The notes beneath the pieces were generated by a model, which did no database searches, was not told the DNA's origin, and saw only the letters and a list, made by a program, of their open reading frames with translations. A DNA stretch of 44,216 nucleotides from Felis catus. Its lineage: Eukaryota. The stretch is taken from contig NC_058369.1 of the NCBI RefSeq assembly GCF_018350175.1, forward strand, positions 157,127,785 to 157,172,000, written 5' to 3'. This document shows, in pieces, positions 35,501 through 44,216 of this stretch (position 1 is its first letter; each line of letters starts with the position of its first letter). The translations under genes and the position numbers were made by a program.

Positions 35501-37618
35501 GTGTGTTACTGCTGAATACTGCTTTGATTTTAACCAGATTCAATAAAATATGCTTAATATTGGTTATTGCAGTCCCATTCTTTGTGTTCTGTCTACCCAC
35601 AGCTGTTCCATTCTACTCTTCTGTGCCAAATCTTGTACCTGACAGCCTTTCCCTCTGCCTTAAATCTGTAGGATACTGGGAGTGTGTGGCATGCATCCTG
35701 ACCATCAGGAAGCACTAAAAAAGAACCGAGTGGTACTGGCCAAACAACTTTTGCTGAGTGAACTGTTAGAACACCTCCTAGAGAAGGACATCATCACCTT
35801 GGAAATGAGGGAGCACATTCAGGTATTTGGAAGCAAAAGAGAAACGCCAAATAAATAAATTGGTCGTGGGAGTATGACAAAGTATGGCAAGGATGTAGAG
35901 CCTTACTAAGGAAATGAAAATGCCCTTCTACCCTAAAGCCTTAAACAGAAAAGACATATAATTTAAGAATAATAGGAAAGACTTCCCCCCATACATGTAT
36001 TTTTCCTGTAAAAGGATTCTTGAGATTACTAGGAAGGTCGTCTGGAGAGAGAAAATTATAGCTGGATAAGTAAATATGATTTCATGTTGTTGTTTTTTTT
36101 TTATCTTAGGCCAAAGTGGGCAGTTTCAGCCAAAATGTGGAACTTCTCAACTTGCTGCCCAAGAGGGGTCCCCAGGCTTTTAATGCCTTCTGTGTGGCCC
36201 TGAGGGAGACCAAGCAGGGTCATCTGGAGGATCTGTTGCTCACTACCCTCTCTGATCTTCAGCATGCAGTCCCACCGGTATGGAGCCCTAGACATGTGGT
36301 GTGTTGAGAAGGATTCGTTTGGTGGGAAAGGAATTTTTGAGATGGGGCTGGGGAGACTAGGTGATGGTTTTATTCAGACTGGATCATCTCCTTAAGACCT
36401 GGTATGATGGGTCCTGGTTTCTTACAGTTGAGCTGTGACAACGACTGGAGTCTCCCCTTCCCGATGTGTGAGTCCTGTCCCCCTCACAAGCAACTCCGCC
36501 TGTCTCCAGGTGAGAATCGATGGCATAACACATCCCACAGATTGACTTGTTTCTTGACTGGTATCTGATTTTGCCCTAGCACGATTCCTATTTATATTCA
36601 TACTGGGAACAGTTTCCTCAGTGACTTTGTTAGGGACTAGCAGGAAAGTTTAGATGGAGTATTGGTTGGACCTGCTTCCTTCCATCACAGATGATTTTTC
36701 CACAATATTTAGCCCTTAGCTCAGGTATAGGTAGGAAATTCCTACCCGAGTGGCCTGGCTCCTTAAAGCCGCTACTTTAGAATGAGCAAAGACTACATTT
36801 TGGGCCACTAGCCTGCTGACTGAGTAGCCTATTGATTAGAAAAAGGCTTTTATCAGATACCCCATCCAGTACGGTATGTGGGAGGGTAATCCAGCAGTGA
36901 GCAAAAGCACATAGGGTCTCTGCCCTCCTGGATTTGACAGTTTTGGGGAGTGAGCAGAATCGCTAATTATTAAAACCCCAGTTCAACAGGGTGCCTTAAG
37001 TTACAATGAAGTACTAGGATTGACACAGATTGTATACTAGTGTTTTTGGCTCTCTGTGCCACAGATGCTGTGGAACACTCCCTAGACAATGGAGATGGTC
37101 CTCCCTGCCTTCAGGTGAAGCCTTGCACTCCCGAGTTTTATCAAACACACTACCAGCTGGTGAGTCATGCAGAATGCAAGAGGAAGAGTTGGGAAATGGG
37201 AGACCCTTCCTAGGCATCTGAACTTAGATTGTGTATATATCTCCTTCCTGCTTTATTAGTCAGAAAGGCATTACTGATTGGTTATCTTCTCTGGGCATTT
37301 CTCTGTATTGACCTGGTGGGGTTTACGAAAATAGGATGGCTTTGTTTTCTTGAAATGTGTCGGATTTTTTAGTTGGGGAGACATAGTTTGTGTCCATAAG
37401 AAGCTCTAATTGGCCTCCCCCACACCCCCATCCTGCCCCAGGCCTATAGGTTGCAGTCTCGGCCTCGTGGCCTGGCATTGGTGCTGAGCAATGTACACTT
37501 CACTGGAGAGAAAGACCTGGAATTTCGCTCTGGAGGGGATGTGGACCACAGCACTCTGGTCACCCTTTTCAAGCTCTTAGGCTACAAAGTCCATGTTCTA
37601 CTTGACCAGACTGCACAG
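32234..37618 (+). CDS. CASP2: Caspase-2, exons 1-6 (CARD prodomain and start of the large subunit); 3' partial
   Basis: join(32234..32307,35672..35822,36110..36277,36428..36509,37065..37159,37442..37618) = 747 nt, 249 codons, GT..AG introns. [53 protein letters not shown]...DNGD/GP...[29 protein letters not shown]. Exon 7 was not found before the window ends. Confidence 0.98.
33541..34083 (-). mobile_element. Three stacked antisense Can-SINEs in CASP2 intron 1
   Basis: Heads at about 33768, 33971 and 34083; outer repeat ctaaggtgatt at 33530 and 34083. Confidence 0.9.
35083..35312 (-). mobile_element. Can-SINE
   Basis: TSD ctggaRtaatct. Confidence 0.92.
35672..35822 (+). CDS. CASP2: CASP2 exon 2
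   Basis: tctgtag|; [50 protein letters not shown]; donor gtattt. Confidence 0.97.
36110..36277 (+). CDS. CASP2: CASP2 exon 3
   Basis: tcttag|; [56 protein letters not shown]; donor gtatgg. Confidence 0.97.
36428..36509 (+). CDS. CASP2: CASP2 exon 4
   Basis: cttacag|; [27 protein letters not shown](D), the NLS region; donor gtgaga. Confidence 0.96.
37065..37159 (+). CDS. CASP2: CASP2 exon 5
   Basis: ccacag|; [31 protein letters not shown], includes prodomain cleavage residue D169; donor gtgagt. Confidence 0.97.
37442..37618 (+). CDS. CASP2: CASP2 exon 6
   Basis: ccccag|; [59 protein letters not shown]; donor gtacat. Confidence 0.97.
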
Positions 37619-37732
37619 GTACATCTAATGTGTGCATTGGAGGGCTGGGCAACACTTTGGGGCCAGGAACATTCACTGCTCTTCTACCTGCTGGATAGAT
37701 GTTACTCAGGTGTTACTCAAATTATGGTGGGT

Positions 37733-37929
37733 TTTTTGTTGTTTTTGGTTTTTTTTTTAATTTTTTTTTATGTTTATTTTTGAGAGAGAGGGAGACGCAG
37801 AATCCAAAGCAGGCTCCAGGCTCTGAGCTGTCAGCACAGAACCCAGTGCAGGTCTCAAACTCACGAGCCGTGAGATCGTGACCTGAGCCGAAGTCGGACA
37901 CTAAACTGACTGAGCCACCCAGGTGCCCC
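37733..37929 (-). mobile_element. Can-SINE
   Basis: Reverse-complement SINE with T-rich tail. Confidence 0.9.
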
Positions 37930-38358
37930 TCAAGTTCTATTTTCCTTTGTACCTTTTTACTCATTCTGTTCTGTGTCTTGCCTTGCAAGCTAGTTAAAAA
38001 AAAAAAAGAAAAAAGAATTCAGGCCAGCCAGCAGCTCCAGTCACTGTGCTCTCCTGAGCAATACCAGTCCCAGTTTGGGTTCTTACTCTTCCATGTTCAG
38101 AAACTTGGTTCGCAGTCACTCAGGATGTAAGGAGACACTGAGATTCTCCCAGCCAATCAGGAAAGATACTTCTAAGCCATGATGACACAGGACATTTACT
38201 TCTTGGTTGATATTGTTGCTTACAAGTCCAGTTATTGTTGAAAAGATTACTTTGGCAGATAATATTCTTGCAAGTGAAAGTTTGCTAGAACTGTCCTTGG
38301 CAGTTTCCATGAATTAACATGGAAAAATTCCTTACCCTTACCAGTTGTGTGACCACAA

Positions 38359-38410
38359 GACAGATCTTAGAGTAGATTACTTCCGACAGATCTTAGAGTA
38401 GATTACTTCC
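38359..38410. repeat. Perfect 26-bp tandem duplication
   Basis: gacagatcttagagtagattacttcc twice. Confidence 0.95.
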
Positions 38411-38570
38411 GGACTAGATTCCTACAAATTGCAAGCATTTTCATTGTGTGCTATTCCCTGTTTTCCCTGTTAACCCCAATTACTGAGCCGTACTGCTGAC
38501 TTCGTTACCTTTAGGTATTTCTCTTCTGGAATTGATGATAGCCTATTGGTAAATAGATAATTAATCTTCA

Positions 38571-38759
38571 TTTTTTTTCCCATTTCCATCCTTTTGCTCT
38601 TTTTAAGTTTTTATTTTAATTCCAGTTAGTTAACATACAGTGGTATGTTAGTTGCATGTATACAATATAATAATTCAATACTTCATACATCACCCTGTGC
38701 TCATCATAACAAGTGCACTCCTTAATCCCCATCACCTATTTAACCCATCTCTCCACCCC
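38571..38759 (-). mobile_element. Short carnivore L1 3' end, antisense
   Basis: ttttaattccagttagttaacatacag...ccttaatccccatcacctatttaacccatc; TSD taat(t)cttcatttt. Confidence 0.85.
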
Positions 38760-39130
38760 TAATTCTTCATTTTGATTCCAGAATAATAGTACTTTCTCAA
38801 ATTTGCTTTTGGGAACATCAGTGGTAAAATCAGAGTTTGTAGGAAATTCACTTTGACTTGTTGAGATAGGAAATCTTTGTTTTGTCTTCAGCATTGTCTG
38901 TGGTCTTCATTTCTGTTTCTCAGCTATCTTCTTTGAGAATGATTGTATACATGCTGTACTTTGGTAAGGCCAGTTTCAACAGTAGGTACCTGAGTGTTGT
39001 TATTTACCTGCTCTTTTCACCACCTTTGCAATAATAGCCCATGCAGAGAAGTAAACCCATCCATGCTTCAGAGCCATGGCTGGAACAGCTTCTGTAGTAA
39101 TCAAGTGATATTCAAGTAGGTTATATGCTT

Positions 39131-39175
39131 GGGGCACCTAGCTGGCTCAGTCAGTAGAGGCTGTGACTCTTGATC
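39131..39175 (+). mobile_element. 3'-truncated (tailless) Can-SINE 5' half
   Basis: ggggcacctagctggctcagtcagtagaggctgtgactcttga flanked by a perfect 19-bp direct repeat. Confidence 0.85.
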
Positions 39176-39325
39176 AAGTAGGTTATATGCTTTCCTAAGA
39201 GGTCTACTGAGCGTGAAGGGACTGAGGGTAGGACATCAGCCGTAATTCCTACCAAGAGACCACTTAGAAGACCACTTAACAAAATGAATGTTTATTTATG
39301 TTTCTCTAGAGCTTTTGGTCTAGCC

Positions 39326-39814
39326 TTTTTTTTTTTCTTTTTTAAATATTCTGAGAGAGAGAGAGCACATGCACATGTAGGGGAGGAACAGAGGGGAAAG
39401 AAAGAATCCCAAGCAGGCTCCATGCTGTTCAGCACAGAGCCCAAGGAGGTGTTCGAACTCATGAACCATGAGATCATGACCTGAGCCAAAATCAAGGGTC
39501 AGATGCTTAACCGACTGAGCCATCCAGGTGCCCCTCTAGCCATTCCTTTTACTAGGAAGTTATTATGTCATAGTTTTCCAAATTGTATGCAGTTGATAAG
39601 GGATTTTATATGCTTGATAATTAAAAATACAGTGCTGGGGTGCCTGGGTGACTCAGTTAAGCATCTGCCTTTGGCTCAGGCCATGATCTCATGGTTTGTG
39701 AGTTCGAGCCCCACGTCAGGCTCTGCTGTCAGCACTGAACCCACTTCCGATCCTCTGTCTCCCTCTCTCTCTGCCCCTCCCCAGCTTGTTCTTTGTCTCT
39801 CAAAATAAACTTAA

Positions 39815-39865
<51 letters not shown>

Positions 39866-40282
39866 CAACAGTCCTGAGTCACCAAGTCAGCTATATACTA
39901 CTGTTTTTCAGAGGCATTCAGCAGATTTGGTGTACCCATGAACCCACTTCACAAATACCATTCCCATTTATGCTAAAACTGATGTAGATTCAAGTACCTA
40001 TTAGATTCTAATTCTCTGGTTACATTGTCCTAGGGGCTCCTGGCTGGCTCAGTTGGGAAAGCATATGATTCTTGATCTTGGTGTTGTAAGTTCAACCCCC
40101 ACGTTGGGCATAGAACTTACTTTAAAAATTAATCAGAGGCACGTGGGTGGCTCAGTTGGTTAAGCATCCTACTCTTGATCTCAGTTCGTGTCCACATCAC
40201 AGGGTTGTGAGTTCAAGCCCCACGGTGGGCTCCACACTGGCCATGGAGCCGACTTTTAAAAAAATAAAAATAAATAAATATT
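39326..40282. mobile_element. Four Can-SINEs: 39326-39534 (-), 39637-39865 (+, (TAAA)n tail), 40033-40126 (+), 40137-40282 (+)
   Basis: SINE heads and tails read directly. Confidence 0.9.
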
Positions 40283-41655
40283 AATTAATTTTGAACACTT
40301 TACAATGGCTGAGGCGGAACTATGTTTGCTTCTATAAATTTACTAGAAAATTTTTTTTAATGTGATTCTTGAGTTCACAGGACCTCAGATGAGGTAGTCT
40401 TGACATCAGCAAAAAAAGAAGTACTTCCCTTATATTCTTAAGGACCAAGCAAGAGTAGACAAGTCTTCTACAGTAGTTAAGATAAAGAAACCATCCCCTC
40501 AGTAGATGTGGTCAGAAAGATAAATGGATTGTGTGAGACTTGAGCTGGCCTTGAAAGATAGAAGCCCCTGAAGCACAGAGGAGTGGGGGAGGGGTCCTAG
40601 GCAGGGAGAATAGCCTATAGATAGAAATGTGTCTGTGATGTTAGGGAAATAATGGGTAAAGCAAATGTGCCATGGCAAAAAAGTGCCAAAAATAAGATTG
40701 GACATAAAGGGACTAGAATCCCAGGCCCTTGAACTTCCTTGTTTTACAAAACTGTTAGTAATTTTTTTAACAGAAAGGTGATACATTCACAGTGATGATT
40801 TGGGCTACCATTGGGAAGAGTGAAGTGGAGACAAGTGGCAGGGAATCCAGTTTGGAGTTAATATAATGGGAGTACAAGATGTTGGGATCCTGGACAGAAT
40901 AGTAGACCAAGAGGGAAAGAATGTGTGTGGAAAATAGCGTAATGGCATGATTGTACTGTTTGTGCTCGGTGGTTAAATGACTGCATATAGAAAAAGAAAA
41001 ATTAAGTAAGGATTTGAGGGTCTCAGAGAAATCAGTACCAAACATTTGGGCATTACCTGTGCAGGAGAAATACTTTAAGTGATAAGAATATGAAATCTTT
41101 AAGAAGGAGGTTAGAGTCAGAAGACCAAAAGGCATAGAACTAAACCTTGGGGGAATAGCCCTCCCTGTAGCCTGGTCCTTAGCTCTGGAGACTCAGAAAC
41201 ATGAGGAGGACGTTGCACAGTCAGTTTCCAACAGTGGCCAATCAATCAAACTCTCAGTACAGTTAAAACCAGGTAGTTACAGTGGTTGTGATAATTTGGT
41301 TCTTTGGGCATCTGCACAGAATATTTTCTTCCTGGTAGGACTTCTCAAGAGACTCAACTCTTTTCTCATGTAATTATTTGGCAAGCAAAGAGAACCAAAA
41401 AAAATTAAGATCTTTTTTTCTCCCTATTATACCTTTTTGACTTTAGAAATAATTGCATTTAAAAATTTGAAATAGTATAGTCTTAGAGAATCCTCTCCAC
41501 TACATGGTGCTGGACAGTACACTGGTATTCTCACTGCTCGTGGAGGTTTTCAGTTTTCCTCCTGGTCATCAAAGTCTTCTGTCACTGCACCTCCCATGAG
41601 GCTACTAGTTCTAGAATTAACAGTTATCGTATATTAGGAAATGAGATACATTTTA

Positions 41656-42176
41656 TTTTTATTTATTTTTTTAATTTTTTTTTTAATGTTTATTTCAGAG
41701 ACAGAGAGAGACAGAGCATGAATGGGGGAAGGGCAGAGAGAGAGGGAGACACAGAATCAGAAGCAGGTTCCAGACTCTGAGCTGTCAGCACAGAGTCTGA
41801 CGCGGGGCTCGAACTCACAAACTGTGAGATCATGACCTGAGCCAAAGTCGGTCGCTCAACCGACTGAACCACCCAGGCACCCCAAGGAAATGAGATACAT
41901 TTTAAAGTGGCAGATTTCCTTTTACCACGTGGTATTTATGTTTTAAAAATTTTTTGTAGCGTTTTATTTATTCTTAAGACAGAGACAGAGCATGAGTGGG
42001 TATGGGGCAGAGAGAGAGGGAGACACAGAATCTGAAGCAGACTCCAGGCTCTGAGCTGTCAGCACAGAGCCCAACACGGGGCTCGAACTCGCGAACTGTG
42101 AGATCATGACCTGAGCCGAAGTCAGACGCTCAACCGACTGAGCCACCCAGGCACCACCCCCCCCCCCACCCCCCCG
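41656..42176 (-). mobile_element. Two Can-SINEs (41656-41883 and about 41937-42176)
   Basis: TSDs aggaaatgagatacatttta (20 bp, perfect) and ccaYgtggtatt. Confidence 0.93.
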
Positions 42177-43920
42177 CCATGTGGTATTGATTTTTAACTT
42201 ACATTTGGGTCACAGACTGCTTTGAAAATGTAAGGACATGCTATGGCTCATTCCTGGAAAATGCAGCTAGCCGTAAAGTTTTGCGTATCATTTCAGAGGG
42301 TTTATAGGTTATTCTCTTGTGTCCCCCAACCTCTGGTTAAGAACTCTGCTATTTTTAGAAGTACTGTAATTTTATCAGGAATAAATCTAGAGATCCTATT
42401 TTAAGCTTTGCTGCTTTCAGAACATTTTACCCAAATGATATAACCTCCATTTATCCATTTAGTACTATTAAATTCAATTACTAAGTGTGTGTGTTTTTAC
42501 TTTGGGCTCTGTTGTCCACTATTTACTGACCTGATAGTCTCACTTAAGTTCAAAATGCTCTTGAGTAGGTGCCAAACATACATTTTTACAGCCTTCTTCC
42601 AGCAAAATGAACTTCAACTACTCTATGTTACAATTCTATTATGGTCGACTCAAGAAGAACATTCATACTCATGTATTCTCTTAAGATTATATATTCTAGA
42701 AATAAATGAATTTTGGATATCTTTTTATTACTGTAAGATTTGCAATATTATGATTGGCTTCTCTTTGCCCAGAAAATGAACATACTTTTCAATAAAGCCA
42801 AGTTCTTCATATCCAGTTTAAGTTGCAGCCTTTCAAGGCTTTTGTATAATTGTCTCCATTATCTGCAAACAGAAGTATTCTGAACAAATAGATTAGTAGT
42901 TCTCAAACTTTAGCATGTCAGAATCACCTGGAGTTTGCTAGGACCCAAGACTTTGCCTTTCTTACAACTTTCCAGAACTTGTAAGAAATATACAACTGTG
43001 CTTTTTATTGGGGGCTGTACATGGTAACTAATGTGCCTAGATAGCATATTCATTTTCATGATATTAAAATTCATAGTCAAAATGAACTTGCTTTCTCCCT
43101 GCTCATCTCAAATAGGAGGGACCATTCAGACTTCTCTAGTTGTAGAGGGAGACCTAGATTTAATAGTTTAAATTGGATTATTAAACTATTTTGTATAGCT
43201 TGCCTTTGGATGGGCCAAGTGTTTAAGGTAGAGTGATACTCACATGTGGCAACCTGGTGCATGACAAATAAGGTTCTTAAGTTGGACTACAAGGTTGACC
43301 AGTAGTAGGTTTCTTTGAGAAAATGACATCACTACTCTTTGTAAGATATGCACATTATAATAATGGCAGATCTTTGCAGTAGGTGCCAGTCATAATTCTA
43401 AACCCTTTCTATGCAATATCTCATTTAATCTTTATACAAACTTGGAAAAAATTTACTCTTAATTACCCTCTTACAAAATGAGTTTTAGAGCTTTGAGGGA
43501 CGAAATAATTGATTCTAATTTATGAACTCAGGGATCAAAGCTAGGTCTGTCTGATCCTGTAGCCCATGTATGTAGCCATGGCCCTGTGCTTAATTATCTT
43601 TACAGCACACTCTTCCCTGAAGTGAGCATTTTGTACAGATATCATCATTGTTTCTGGGAACTTAAAATCTCAGACAGAAAATAGCATAAAAGTGCTAGTA
43701 TTCTCTATTGTCATGATCCTGTTAGCCCTTAGTGAGAACAGCTTATTTCCTTATGGCTGGGTAAATATTTGATTCACTCATAACTCACCTGGTGGTCCTC
43801 CTTGTGTCATTTTTATACAAGGGCATTTGCTAGAAGATTTGGTTGATGACTGGGGAGTGGATAAAGTTAACTATCTCATGATTAGCTTCATTAGTAACTT
43901 GCTTTAGTCCAGGAGTTCTT

Positions 43921-44145
43921 TTTTTTTTTTTCTTTTTTAATTTTTTTTAACGTTTATTTATTTTTGAGACAGAGACAGAGCATGAACGGGGGAGGGTCAG
44001 AGAGAGGGAGACACAGAATCTGAAATAGGCTCCAGGCTCTGAGCTGTCAGCACAGAGCCCAACACGGGGCTCAAACTCACGGACCGCGAGATCATGACCT
44101 GAGCCGAAGTCGGCCACTTAACCGACTGAGCCACCCAGGCGCCCC
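43921..44145 (-). mobile_element. Young felid Can-SINE
   Basis: Perfect 16-bp TSD tagtccaggagttctt at 43905 and 44146. Confidence 0.95.
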
Positions 44146-44216
44146 TAGTCCAGGAGTTCTTAATGTATCTCAGTGAGTCTGAATTTTGTGAAATTATATT
44201 CAGAATTCTGTGTCTG

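Noticed and set aside
37619-44216. Missing CASP2 catalytic exons, possibly a truncated gene
   Set aside because: The window ends inside intron 6; exons 1-6 are intact.

Overview
Mammalian genomic DNA from a cat-family (felid) carnivore, judged from about 33 tRNA-derived Can-SINEs, several of the young felid type. There is one 191-N assembly gap. The window holds the conserved, co-oriented (+ strand) cluster GSTK1 (8 coding exons, 226 aa, complete), TMEM139 (2 coding exons, 207 aa, complete) and the first 6 exons of CASP2 (249 codons; the gene runs off the right edge). The rest is mostly SINEs, L1, MIR, an MLT2 LTR, hAT DNA-transposon fossils and microsatellites. Nearly all other entries in the ORF track are spurious. 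I cannot demonstrate a new biological system here. The best leads are: (1) TMEM139 appears to end inside the CASP2 promoter, and its first coding exon is in phase with CASP2 exon 2, so a read-through transcript could encode a membrane-anchored caspase-2; (2) the GSTK1 peroxisomal signal is -AKI instead of -ARL; (3) a tailless SINE half flanked by a 19-bp duplication; (4) a strong CTCF site with its upstream motif at the left edge of the cluster. Comparisons with human/rodent proteins and all repeat-family names come from memory, not from a search. Repeat boundaries are approximate.
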